Source of the DNA: Alphaproteobacteria bacterium
GTDB taxonomy: Bacteria > Pseudomonadota > Alphaproteobacteria > CASFRQ01 > SAAU01
Direction: 5' to 3'
Assembly (NCBI GenBank): GCA_009929265.1
Contig: SAAU01000002.1
Span: 14,668-78,667 of the forward strand
DNA length: 64,000 bases
In this document: in pieces, positions 18,673 through 28,365 of the stretch
How positions within the stretch are numbered: position 1 is the stretch's first letter
Layout of the letters: each line of letters starts with the position of its first letter
Notes under the pieces: generated by a model
Told to the model about the DNA's origin: nothing
What the model saw: the letters and a program-made list of their open reading frames with translations, nothing else
Database searches by the model: none
Program-made: the position numbers and the translations under genes

Positions 18673-21099
18673 TTATGGCGTCGTTTTATTTTTTCGTTTT
18701 TCTATAGAATTCTTAATACTTGTCGAGGAGAGGGCAGCGACCGAAATTACCGCCCCTCCTGCAACATGAGCCCCCGCTCCAACAACTTGTGTGCCCTTTT
18801 TATTTATCTCGCCGCCAACGCTATTAGACGGGGCAGAAAAGTCTGTCACAGATTTTGCAATATCTGGGGCCATATCAATCAATTTAAAGGCAAAAAACAT
18901 CGCCATAATCCCCAAAAAGAGTTCGACACTTGAAAAATTAAGTTGCTCTCTTAATTTATCAGGTTGTGGATCTTCTGAAATAAATTCAAAAAAGTTGCAC
19001 GTCATCCCTGATTCACAGGTAAACGTCACTTCATTTGTTCCATTTAAGTTTTGAAGCGTTTCGGCATTACTTGCTGTCGGCAAAGCAAACGTCATAATTC
19101 TTAAAGCTATAATAAGCGTTAACGCAAGAGTGATGAACGTGAACACTGCCCCTACAAAGATGCTGAATGCTTTTTTAGCATAGCCTGCTGTTGCTGGGAA
19201 AACCCAAGCGATAATAAAGAGTGGAAGTAAAGCCCCTACGAAAGCTAAATGAATTAAAATATCGACAAATTTTAATGGCAAAACCACCAGTAAAACAAAA
19301 TGTCCTAAGAAAATGATAATCCCCATCATAAAGACATCAAGCGACCTGAAAAATTCAATAATGGCTCCCCAATCGCCAAAGCATATTCGTATCATGGTTG
19401 TTCCAACGGCCAATCCAACCATCAAACGAGAACTTGCTGTGCGAAGCAAACAGTCTATCGTTCTAAAAGAAGTTTCATTAAAGACAGAATCAGTCGGCAA
19501 ATCAATCTTTGTTTGATACGCCGTAGCACATGGATCTTTAGCCAACATAGAAATATCATCACTTAAATAAGACGCATCCGCCCAAGAGGTATCTGATTCC
19601 AAAATCTTCTGAGCAAAAATAGCACTTGTCTCGAAAACAGGGGAAAGAACTTTTCCGTAAATAAAGGACGGCCCTGCCGACAAAAGAGCCACCGCAACAA
19701 TCCCCTTAAACAGACCTTTTGACAACGTCGTAAAGAATTCGGCAGGATCCGCCCCTTGGAAAATGGTGATATATTTAATTACTTGGAATAGAAGCCAAAA
19801 AGCAATGCCGAGCGCTAAAAACGGCAAAAGTAAGTCTTTAAATTTATTAAATAATTCTGTGCAAACGATACTGATACTGCTATAAGCCTTGGCAAATAAA
19901 GGGCAGAACCAACACCCATAATTATTCTTTGAACTTAAATATTTTTCCAAAGTTTCCTTAAAAAATCCATCAAGTTTTGAAGAATTATAGCTTGTTGAGG
20001 CAAAAGAAAGCGCCGAAACAGAGGCATACGAATTAAACGCACTTAACGCGCTTTCAGATCCTTTTAAGGAATCGAAGAACGAATCGACCGTAGAAATATC
20101 AATATTCTTGCAGTCTTCCTCAGAGACAGTTGAATCCTCGCAAATATATTTTTTAATCAAGCTCATCTGAGCCCCGTTTAGCTTTGTTTCCTTCCCAGCC
20201 AAAGAATCGATTAAGCCTGTATTGGTGTCAGACGCGGACTTTAAAATATTGTGCATCGCCTTACTCTCGGGGTGATCATAGGTCTGCCCGGCAAAGGTTG
20301 TTGACACAATATCGTCTAATTTTTCGGATTTTTTTTCATCAACGGCCGTTAAAAGAGTCTGCGCCGATTGAAGTTCATCGGCCGTTGCGGTTCCTTTTTC
20401 AACTTTTTCATAAAGTGCTTCGTATTCCTCTTGGCATTTTTTTCTTTCAGCCGAGGTGCCATCAAATAAAGCCTCCCTTTGGATCTTATCCTTACACATT
20501 TTTTTGGCAACTTTGGAGACATCTTTAGGTGTGATTTTGGCGTCTTCTAAGGCACTCGCATCGGCATAAGTTGCAATATAGCACCGCTTCACATCATCTT
20601 GCGTAATTTTTGCCCCTTGAGATGTGCAAGACGCCCTGCCGTTTTCCTCATTATAAGCATTCATATCTTCAAGAGCTTTTTGAGAGGCGCTATCAGATAA
20701 ATTCTTCATACAAACAGGAAGAGCCGTCCCCGCGGAACAGCCTTCAGAAACCTCGGCCTGATAATCTGCAACATTTGCCCACATATCGCGGCAATTTTCG
20801 GCCCCCGTTTTAGAAGAAGCGCAGTTTTTACGTTGTTTTTGAAGAGTTTCAAACTGTTCAGGGGAAACTTCAATCGTTTTTCCATCTGCTGTTGTCAAAC
20901 GGCAAGCGGTGCAATCCTTATTTTGCCAAATTCCCCCACCAATACAGTGAGACTCAATCATTGAAACATTTTGAAGGTCTTGCTGACTTAAACCCCCGAG
21001 CGCATCCATATCCATTTGGCAGTTTGTTGCGAACGCAAACGGGACCTGCCCAAAGATCAAAAACAAAAACAACCCTGAAAAGCGAAAGATTTTTGACAT
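18673..21099 (-). CDS. VirB6-like T4SS protein with roughly 400-aa Cys-rich periplasmic N-terminal extension (rvhB6-like paralog 2)
   Basis: The 808-aa ORF has a signal peptide and a hydrophilic Cys-rich domain. A CWFCPLF motif precedes a polytopic TM core. The tail is hydrophilic and ends KTTP. Confidence 0.6.
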   Translation of the reverse strand: MSKIFRFSGLFLFLIFGQVPFAFATNCQMDMDALGGLSQQDLQNVSMIESHCIGGGIWQNKDCTACRLTTADGKTIEVSPEQFETLQKQRKNCASSKTGAENCRDMWANVADYQAEVSEGCSAGTALPVCMKNLSDSASQKALEDMNAYNEENGRASCTSQGAKITQDDVKRCYIATYADASALEDAKITPKDVSKVAKKMCKDKIQREALFDGTSAERKKCQEEYEALYEKVEKGTATADELQSAQTLLTAVDEKKSEKLDDIVSTTFAGQTYDHPESKAMHNILKSASDTNTGLIDSLAGKETKLNGAQMSLIKKYICEDSTVSEEDCKNIDISTVDSFFDSLKGSESALSAFNSYASVSALSFASTSYNSSKLDGFFKETLEKYLSSKNNYGCWFCPLFAKAYSSISIVCTELFNKFKDLLLPFLALGIAFWLLFQVIKYITIFQGADPAEFFTTLSKGLFKGIVAVALLSAGPSFIYGKVLSPVFETSAIFAQKILESDTSWADASYLSDDISMLAKDPCATAYQTKIDLPTDSVFNETSFRTIDCLLRTASSRLMVGLAVGTTMIRICFGDWGAIIEFFRSLDVFMMGIIIFLGHFVLLVVLPLKFVDILIHLAFVGALLPLFIIAWVFPATAGYAKKAFSIFVGAVFTFITLALTLIIALRIMTFALPTASNAETLQNLNGTNEVTFTCESGMTCNFFEFISEDPQPDKLREQLNFSSVELFLGIMAMFFAFKLIDMAPDIAKSVTDFSAPSNSVGGEINKKGTQVVGAGAHVAGGAVISVAALSSTSIKNSIEKRKNKTTP

Positions 21100-21188
21100 T
21101 TAAGATAAGCTCCCTACTAAAATTACAACAAGTATAGCAACGTTTCGACATAAATAAAAGCAAAAAGGCCGCATTAAGCCTTAAAAAA

Positions 21189-23369
21189 TCAAGGAGTCGA
21201 GCCCTTTTTCTTTTTAGCCTCTTCTTCTTTTTGTTTTTTGTGGAAATCGTCACGGATACTTTTGGCGGCGGCGTATGGCAAAACGATAGACTTGAAAGTC
21301 TTGCCAAGCATCGTGCCCCCCATATCGTTGGAAGAACCAGAGACAATACTTGAAGATAACGTATTGGAAAGGCCAAGCATTTTCACCACAATAAACATAG
21401 CGCCCAACAATAAATACGGGGCAGAGGTATAGAGTACCGAAATCTTTGTGCGTAAAATCTCTAATGTTTCCTTATCGTTTTTAAAAACATCTTCCATAAA
21501 TTCGTTCACATCAACGCCTAGCATGGTGACCATAAAATCGACCCCCAGCACCAAAAGCACTGAAATCACAATCAGCTGGAAACACGCGCCAATAAATAAA
21601 TCAAACGCCTTTTTTGTCATGGCTTTTTGGGTAAAAGGAAAGACCCACGCCACCACAAAAATAGGGAACAGCGCGGTCACCACCGCAAAATCAATTAAAA
21701 CATTCATCAGCTTAAAGGGAATCAACACCATCAAGGCAAAAAAGCTGATTAAAATAAAGAATCCTGAAAGCATGACATCCAAATATCGCAGAGAGTAAAA
21801 GGCTTTCCAAATCCAAAACCCACCATTTTCTTGAGAGGAAAAGACTAACTCCAATACATATTGGCCAAAGGCAAACCCCTGCGCTAAGCTCCAACTCGTC
21901 GTCCGTAAAAAGCAGTTGAAGGAATTATAAATATCCCGACTAAAGGGGCCCTTCGTTTCTTTTGGTTTTCTTCCAATAGCGCACGGATCTACAGATTCAA
22001 GGGACTTGGAAAGGCTGGGGTCAATCGCTTGGGATAGTTTAATGCGATTCTTAGAAACGTTCATCACTTCGGTTGCGTAAATGGTGGAAAATTCTACAAC
22101 GGGCTCTAATGTGTAATGGAACGCCACCTTTAGCCCAACCGACAGAAGGGCTGCCGCGACCAAACCACGGAAAAGTCCGCGGGAAAAGAGCGTCACAAAT
22201 TGTCCAAAGGAAGCAAACCCTTTTTTGGAGAAAATCGCCACATTTTTCAAAATCTGCCACAACATCCAAAAGGCCAACCCTATCGCCAATAGAATTTTCA
22301 AAAACGGGGTTAACACCCGATCAATCCCCATAGAAATATCGTTAATCGTGTCAAAAAAGATTTCAAATAACGGACAAGCGAAACACCCGGCGGAAAATTT
22401 ATATTTATCCAATAGGTCAAAATATCCCGATTTTATGTAAAAACTGTCTGCGGGTAAAGACAACCCCGTCATCATAATCGCCACATTTTTGGTCACCGCA
22501 TCATTAAGGACTGAAGCGGAACTATGAGTTAAAATTTTAGAAAAATCTTCATAAACCATTTCTTTTAATAATTTTCGTCTGGCTTCAGCTGTATCTGGTT
22601 CTGCAGAATAACCAAAATCTTCCAAACGACTTTTATCTATCGCCATGATTTCATCATCGGTTAATCCATTAACACTCATATCCCGAATTTGTTCATAGAC
22701 CTCGCTTGATTTTCCATTTTTATCTACAGTCGACAAGACTTTTTCCCGATAAACCAAATCCTCATTTTGGGTAAGGGTGTCTTCTAAGCTCTCTGTTAAA
22801 CTTTTCGGATAACATGAATTATAAACATTGCCATATTCAACACACTTTTTGTCTTTATAGTCCGACGCACAGTCTTGAAGAACCTCTGGAGTGATAATTT
22901 TTGCACCAGAACAGCCAAGTTGTCTATATAATGCTATTCTTGTTTTTTCTTCTAATTCATATTTCCCTTCGGCAAGTTCTTCTACAAAATCTTCTGGGGT
23001 ATAGTCACTGTTAAAATAGCTGGTGCAGGTTTCAACCAAAACCCCTGGTTTACAATCATACACCTGTTTTTGGGGTTGTTTTTCAAGGGCGGCAGCGTAT
23101 TCCTCCATAAATTTATCATAGGTGTCATCCCGAACGGATTGGGAAAAAAATTCATCCGCTTGTTCAACGGATTCTATGTCATCTTTAAATTTTTCAAGGC
23201 ATTCTTTATCGGATATATTATAAACAACCCGTTTATCTGTTTTTAATTTTGAACAAAATTCCTCAACAGACATGGGTTTTTGTTCTTCCTGCTCCTCTGC
23301 CGTTTGGGCATAGGAAGGGGCCCCCGTCAACAGGGCTAAAAAAAGAAATATGCCTATTTTTTTTATCAT
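21189..23369 (-). CDS. VirB6-like T4SS protein with roughly 330-aa periplasmic N-terminal extension (rvhB6-like paralog 1)
   Basis: The 726-aa ORF has a signal peptide (..APSYAQT). A CFACPLFE motif precedes the polytopic core. The Lys-rich tail ends GSTP. Confidence 0.6.
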   Translation of the reverse strand: MIKKIGIFLFLALLTGAPSYAQTAEEQEEQKPMSVEEFCSKLKTDKRVVYNISDKECLEKFKDDIESVEQADEFFSQSVRDDTYDKFMEEYAAALEKQPQKQVYDCKPGVLVETCTSYFNSDYTPEDFVEELAEGKYELEEKTRIALYRQLGCSGAKIITPEVLQDCASDYKDKKCVEYGNVYNSCYPKSLTESLEDTLTQNEDLVYREKVLSTVDKNGKSSEVYEQIRDMSVNGLTDDEIMAIDKSRLEDFGYSAEPDTAEARRKLLKEMVYEDFSKILTHSSASVLNDAVTKNVAIMMTGLSLPADSFYIKSGYFDLLDKYKFSAGCFACPLFEIFFDTINDISMGIDRVLTPFLKILLAIGLAFWMLWQILKNVAIFSKKGFASFGQFVTLFSRGLFRGLVAAALLSVGLKVAFHYTLEPVVEFSTIYATEVMNVSKNRIKLSQAIDPSLSKSLESVDPCAIGRKPKETKGPFSRDIYNSFNCFLRTTSWSLAQGFAFGQYVLELVFSSQENGGFWIWKAFYSLRYLDVMLSGFFILISFFALMVLIPFKLMNVLIDFAVVTALFPIFVVAWVFPFTQKAMTKKAFDLFIGACFQLIVISVLLVLGVDFMVTMLGVDVNEFMEDVFKNDKETLEILRTKISVLYTSAPYLLLGAMFIVVKMLGLSNTLSSSIVSGSSNDMGGTMLGKTFKSIVLPYAAAKSIRDDFHKKQKEEEAKKKKGSTP

Positions 23370-23420
23370 TTTTTATCCTCTTTTTAAGGAAAGTATAGCG
23401 AACTTCATAAAAAAAGGAAA

Positions 23421-23453
23421 TAAAAAAAGCATTCTTTAAAGAATGCTTTTTTC
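23421..23453 (-). terminator. Rho-independent terminator (palindrome agcattcttt/aaagaatgct flanked by A/T runs)
   Basis: It lies immediately downstream of lipoprotein gene copy 1. The same element recurs at 24323-24360 after copy 2. Confidence 0.6.
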
Positions 23454-23468
23454 TTAATCCTTAAAAAC

Positions 23469-24131
23469 CTATCTTCCATCTGATTGAGTGAGGGCTTTAT
23501 TCATTTCATAGGCTGTATATTCACTGTCTGTTTTTTCCACACCAATCACATTTGTGTTTTCACGTGAATCCATATCAAGATCTTGCCATAAGGCTAAAAC
23601 TTTTGGCATCGTTTCTTGAAGAGGTAATTCATTGATCCCTGTCGCCAAAATCAATTCATCCAACTCAGCCCCCGAAACGCCACGATTTTCAAAAGCGGTA
23701 TAAATATAGCTCCATGATTGTCCAGCTGCTCCTGCATACTCATCACCTTTTTCTGTCATAGGACCATTTTCAAGTTTTTCTTTTTCCTCTAAATAAATAT
23801 TGTAATACGCGTTTTGGACATGAAAACGGAAAGCGTCCTCAGCTTTTGAAACACCTTCAATTGCTTTCATTGAAGGTTCTTCAATCACATCCTCTGGAGC
23901 GATTTGATTCTCTGGTGGAAGTTCCCGCGTGATTCCATTTTCTTTGGTTTTTGAACTCAACTCTGCCGAAGTTGGATTATTCTCACACCCTGTAAATAAG
24001 GCTGCTAAATTGGCAAGCGTAAGAAGAGCCACCATAACTTTAACCTTCAAATGTGATGGTTTTGTTGCCTTTTCAGGTTTTTTCATTTCCTCAACAGGGG
24101 AAGTCATAATGTTTTCTTGCATGATATCCAT
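23469..24131 (-). CDS. Lipoprotein, paralog copy 1
   Basis: A lipobox (LFTGC) precedes a C-terminal domain about 90% identical to that of the downstream copy. An alternative start is the M of MKKPEKATK near 24083. Confidence 0.55.
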   Translation of the reverse strand: MDIMQENIMTSPVEEMKKPEKATKPSHLKVKVMVALLTLANLAALFTGCENNPTSAELSSKTKENGITRELPPENQIAPEDVIEEPSMKAIEGVSKAEDAFRFHVQNAYYNIYLEEKEKLENGPMTEKGDEYAGAAGQSWSYIYTAFENRGVSGAELDELILATGINELPLQETMPKVLALWQDLDMDSRENTNVIGVEKTDSEYTAYEMNKALTQSDGR

Positions 24132-24322
24132 CCTTTCTTAACTTAAGAAATTCATTTCTTTTTCTATGTTCATTCTAGCCCCCTCTATTTTTCTGTCAAG
24201 TCTTTTTTTAAAAAGATTTTTCACCTAAACCTCTTTTTTACTATTTTATTTAAATTATTAAATAACAATCACTTATCCTCTTTTTTTAAGGAAAGTATAG
24301 CGAACTTCATTAAAAAAGGAAA

Positions 24323-24360
24323 CAAAAAAAGCATTCTTTATTTTCAAAAGAATGCTTTTC
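24323..24360 (-). terminator. Rho-independent terminator duplicated with the lipoprotein gene
   Basis: The stem is gcattcttt/aaagaatgc, flanked by A/T runs. Confidence 0.55.
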
Positions 24361-24377
24361 CTTCAACCCTCAAAATA

Positions 24378-24962
24378 CTACCTTGACTTTTCGGCAGCTT
24401 TATTAATTTCATAGGCTGTGTATTCACTATCTGTTTTTGTCACACCAATCACATTTGTGTTTTCTTGCGAATCCATATCAAGATCTTGCCATAAAGCTAA
24501 AACTTTTGGCATCGTTTCTTGAAGAGGTAATTCATTGATTCCTGTTGCCAAAATTAATTTATCAAGTTCATCTCCTGAAACACCGCGGTTTTCAAAAGCG
24601 GTATAAACATAACTCCATGATTGTCCTGATGCTGCTGCATATTCATCACCTTTTTCTGTCATAGGACCATTTTCAAGTTTTTCTTTTTCTTCTAAATAAA
24701 TATTATAATACGCGTTTTGAACATGAAAACGGAAGCCATCTTCGGCATCAGAAATCCCCTCAATTGCTTTTGCAGAAGGTTTTTCAATCACATCCTCTGG
24801 AGCGATTTGATCCTCTGGCGGAAGTTCCCGCGTGATTCCATTTTCTTTGGCTTTCGCATTTTGCGTTGTTCCATCAGCCTTTGAACACCCCGTCAAAATC
24901 ACCATCAGTATTGAAGCCCCTAAAAGACCTTCCACGACTTTTCGTTTCATACTCTTTTTCAT
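24378..24962 (-). CDS. Lipoprotein, paralog copy 2
   Basis: It carries a lipobox (ILTGC). It shares ENGITRELPPE...NELPLQETMPKVLALWQDLDMDS with copy 1. Confidence 0.55.
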   Translation of the reverse strand: MKKSMKRKVVEGLLGASILMVILTGCSKADGTTQNAKAKENGITRELPPEDQIAPEDVIEKPSAKAIEGISDAEDGFRFHVQNAYYNIYLEEKEKLENGPMTEKGDEYAAASGQSWSYVYTAFENRGVSGDELDKLILATGINELPLQETMPKVLALWQDLDMDSQENTNVIGVTKTDSEYTAYEINKAAEKSR

Positions 24963-25088
24963 CTTTTCCCCTTTTCTTAGAATGACTTTTTCTCTTTTCT
25001 ACTTTCTTTTTTTCATTTTGTCAAGTATTTTTAATTTATCTTTTTCTTGAAAAAAGTTTTTATTCTAATAAAATATCTTTAACACATT

Positions 25089-25793
25089 ATGAAAAAGGCT
25101 TTAAGCATGACAAAAACAACCCTCCTTCCCACCGAAGAAATCCTTGAAAAGTGTATCTCTATTTATACCCTTTTTTACAATAACCGCCTTATCTTAAAAC
25201 AGGCGCCAGAGCTTCATCTTTCCTTGGAGGAGGTTGAGAAAATTTCCACCCCTGAGGCTTATGAGCTTTTCCGTTCTGATTTAAGGAAGGTTTCCCTTTT
25301 CCTCCTTGGGATTCATTCAGAACAAGCTGTTGATATTGATCGTATGTTTCAAGGGCTTAAAACCTACTACAAGCCAGAGGATTTTTGGTATAGCGTCCTG
25401 CTTGATTATATTAAAGTCGTTTATGAAGAGGAAAAACTAGCCCTTGATGAAAAGCGATTCGACCTAATGGAAAAAACAGAAGATCTGTTGAAAGAGCTTC
25501 AAGGAAAAGAAAAAAAACGCCAAGGAATTATTGACACCATTACATTGGCTATTAAAGAAAAAGGATTTCCCGTGGACGGAGAGCGCCTTTTTAAAAATTA
25601 CTTAACGTTATACGCAACGAATCCTAATTTGGCTTGGAAAACGTTGACCTCTAATCCGTGTTATTTTGCTCCCTTAAAAACCGTTGGTGAAAAGGGAAAT
25701 TTTCTGATTCGCCCAAGAGAAGCCCGCCGAATTAACAAAAATTTGGCCTCTTTTTTCAAAAAGTTCAAGATTAACACCGAATTAAACAATTAA
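25089..25793 (+). CDS. Hypothetical protein family A, copy 1 (234 aa)
   Basis: It is paralogous to 27649-28293 (LPTEE[IL]LEKCI..YTLFY.NR.ILKQAP.LHLSLE). It has no signal peptide. Confidence 0.5.
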   Translation: MKKALSMTKTTLLPTEEILEKCISIYTLFYNNRLILKQAPELHLSLEEVEKISTPEAYELFRSDLRKVSLFLLGIHSEQAVDIDRMFQGLKTYYKPEDFWYSVLLDYIKVVYEEEKLALDEKRFDLMEKTEDLLKELQGKEKKRQGIIDTITLAIKEKGFPVDGERLFKNYLTLYATNPNLAWKTLTSNPCYFAPLKTVGEKGNFLIRPREARRINKNLASFFKKFKINTELNN

Positions 25794-25856
25794 CTGGACA
25801 AAAAAGACCCTTTTTGCTATTTTTAAACAAGCAAGAAGTTAGAAAAGGATATTCTG

Positions 25857-27611
25857 ATGAGCGAAACTTTATTTGACATTAAAAGAAAAACGGACTTTAT
25901 CACGCGGGCATCCCTTGCCGAAGAAGCGAACGCCTTACGCGCTGTTTTGTTTGAAAAAATTCCTTTAGAAGATGTCCAAAAGTTTATCCTTGAAACGGGA
26001 CAAGCGGAGGATATTTTAAGCTCTGACGAAGAAGTGTTTAAGACGGCTTCCTCTCTTTTTACAGAAGAAATGATTGATGCCTATAAAAAAGACAACGGCG
26101 ATACCCTTTCCCCGATTGAACGATTTAACTACCTCAACAATGTTATTCAAAAAGGGCAAGAGGATATTCCCTTGTCCAAAAGACAAAAGGAAAGCTTTTT
26201 CACCGCGCTAAGTGATGAGCAAAACGCGTCGGCTTTTCTCATTAAAAATGCGCCTTTTAATGAGATTTTTTCCTTTTTCAAAACAGATAATAAACCGCAT
26301 TCTGCTGTTAATGTTTTGCGTGCGTGTGATAAAATCTTACCTGACGAGAAAAAGGACGCCATTCAAGAGGTTAACGAAAACGGATTTGACCTTCAAACGT
26401 ATATGTCTTTCCTTGAAAACAAAGGAACAGAGAGCAAAACGCCGCTTGATAAGCAAGTCCAATATGACCGCCAATCCAAAGACAGAATGCTAAATGAAAG
26501 TCTCTCCTCTTTGGTTGAAAACAATCAAATCTCTTATGAGGAAGGGTCCTTAATTGCAAACAAAATGACGAAAAGTGGCTCTGTCGAGGCCTTAAACAAA
26601 GAAGAGCTTCAACTTATTTCCCAACTGATGGCCGATGCTATTCAAGAAAAGGTAGCAAAAGGCGAAATGCCAGAGGAGAAAAGCGTCCTTTTTGCCCAAA
26701 AACTAGACGAGATTCACAAAAGCAATTTAGCCGATTTTTACAAGGAGGCGATTCTTGATAACACAGGAACCGTTTCTCAAAAGCTTTTAGATGAAGAGAC
26801 GCCCGCCAAAATAACGGAAGGGACAGACCTTCAATCAGAGGGACCTGTTTTGAAAAATCAACGGCAAAATCCATTTATTACAAACAGAAAATTCGATCCT
26901 TTATGGAAAGAGGCCGTTGCAGAGGTTTCCGATATTTTAGACTCGGCTTTTAAAGCTTCCACCGTTGAAGATGCTGCGGTTGACTTCTCTTTGAGACTTT
27001 TAGTCACACCTGTGACATCTGTCACAAGAGTTTTGACTCATTTCCAAAAACAGATACAAGAAAATATGAAGTATCGTCATGAACAAGAGGCTAACGCCCT
27101 TTCTCAATCGATAAAAAAAGAAGGGCATGACGCCAAATCGACAGCAAAATATATCCTTGAAGAGCTCGAAAAGAAAGGGCTTACCCCGCCTTCAAGCTCT
27201 CGTCGATTCTCAAAAAAGGGACGCTTTATTGAAAAGGCTTTCTCTTTTCAGCAAAAAAGAAATAGAGAGATAAACACAGCCACAAAAGATGTGATTTTGG
27301 ATGCCATGGGACGGGCTTCTGTTTCGGGCTCTATGGCAAAACGCAAGGCTTTTAATTCTTTCCTACAAGAGGTGCAAACGCAATACAATTCATTCTTAAA
27401 ATCTAAAAAACTCAATAATCCGGACCTTATCAAGTCTATAAATTCTTCTGAAGAGGAAAAAGAGAAAGTCAACCTTATGTCCAAGAAAAGTGAAGAACTT
27501 AAGGCACAAAAACAGACCATTCAGAAAAAGGGACAACAACTCAGTGCCAGCAAAGGAAATACGGGAGCAAACCCCTTCTTTTCTCAAAAAAATCAGGGGA
27601 AAGTGGCTTAA
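25857..27611 (+). CDS. Hypothetical hydrophilic protein family B, copy 1 (584 aa)
   Basis: Its C-terminal roughly 190 aa are paralogous to 28366-28947. The protein is charged, with no TM segment or signal peptide. It is a candidate secreted effector. Confidence 0.5.
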   Translation: MSETLFDIKRKTDFITRASLAEEANALRAVLFEKIPLEDVQKFILETGQAEDILSSDEEVFKTASSLFTEEMIDAYKKDNGDTLSPIERFNYLNNVIQKGQEDIPLSKRQKESFFTALSDEQNASAFLIKNAPFNEIFSFFKTDNKPHSAVNVLRACDKILPDEKKDAIQEVNENGFDLQTYMSFLENKGTESKTPLDKQVQYDRQSKDRMLNESLSSLVENNQISYEEGSLIANKMTKSGSVEALNKEELQLISQLMADAIQEKVAKGEMPEEKSVLFAQKLDEIHKSNLADFYKEAILDNTGTVSQKLLDEETPAKITEGTDLQSEGPVLKNQRQNPFITNRKFDPLWKEAVAEVSDILDSAFKASTVEDAAVDFSLRLLVTPVTSVTRVLTHFQKQIQENMKYRHEQEANALSQSIKKEGHDAKSTAKYILEELEKKGLTPPSSSRRFSKKGRFIEKAFSFQQKRNREINTATKDVILDAMGRASVSGSMAKRKAFNSFLQEVQTQYNSFLKSKKLNNPDLIKSINSSEEEKEKVNLMSKKSEELKAQKQTIQKKGQQLSASKGNTGANPFFSQKNQGKVA

Positions 27612-27648
27612 ACTTTTCTAAAATTTAATTAAAAAAAGAGAGGGGAAA

Positions 27649-28293
27649 ATGGCAGAGAAACTATATCTTCCGACAGAAGAACTTCTTGAAAAATGCATTG
27701 CCCTTTATACTCTTTTTTACGAAAATCGTCACATCTTAAAACAGGCTCCAAAACTTCATCTTTCTTTAGAAGATGTGGCAAAAATATCTTCTGTTGAACA
27801 ATACCACCTTTTTCGAACAGATTTAAGAAAAGTCTCTTTGTTTTTGCTTGGGCTTCCCTTTCACAAACCCGTTCAAGTCAGTCAAATGGTGCAAGCCCTT
27901 CAAATTCACTATAAGTCAGGAGATTTTTTATATAATTTTTTGCTAGATTATATCAAAATTGAATATGAAGAAAATCAGATTTTGCTTAATGAAACTTTTA
28001 TGGAAAATAAGGAAAATCAAGAAAGATGGCAAAAAAATATTTCTTTTAAGATTAAAGAAAAAGGCTTCCCTGTAGATGCTGATTTACTTATTAAAAATTA
28101 TTTGACTTTTGCTTCAAAAAATCCTTCTTTCGCAAGGAAAATCCTGTTTTCTAATCCATGCTATTTTGCCCCTTTAAAAACGGCTGATGAAAAAGGAAAT
28201 ATTCTGATTAAACCTAAAGATACTCTTAAAAGAAATAAAGCTTTAGCGTCTTTTTTAAAGGACTTACTTCTTTCATCAAGCAAAAATACTTGA
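27649..28293 (+). CDS. Hypothetical protein family A, copy 2 (214 aa)
   Basis: It is paralogous to 25089-25793. Confidence 0.5.
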   Translation: MAEKLYLPTEELLEKCIALYTLFYENRHILKQAPKLHLSLEDVAKISSVEQYHLFRTDLRKVSLFLLGLPFHKPVQVSQMVQALQIHYKSGDFLYNFLLDYIKIEYEENQILLNETFMENKENQERWQKNISFKIKEKGFPVDADLLIKNYLTFASKNPSFARKILFSNPCYFAPLKTADEKGNILIKPKDTLKRNKALASFLKDLLLSSSKNT

Positions 28294-28365
28294 CAAAAAA
28301 ATAAAAGGGCGCTACTTTTGAAGATATAAAAAAGGTTCTTCCTAAAAAACGAAAGGAAAACACTT

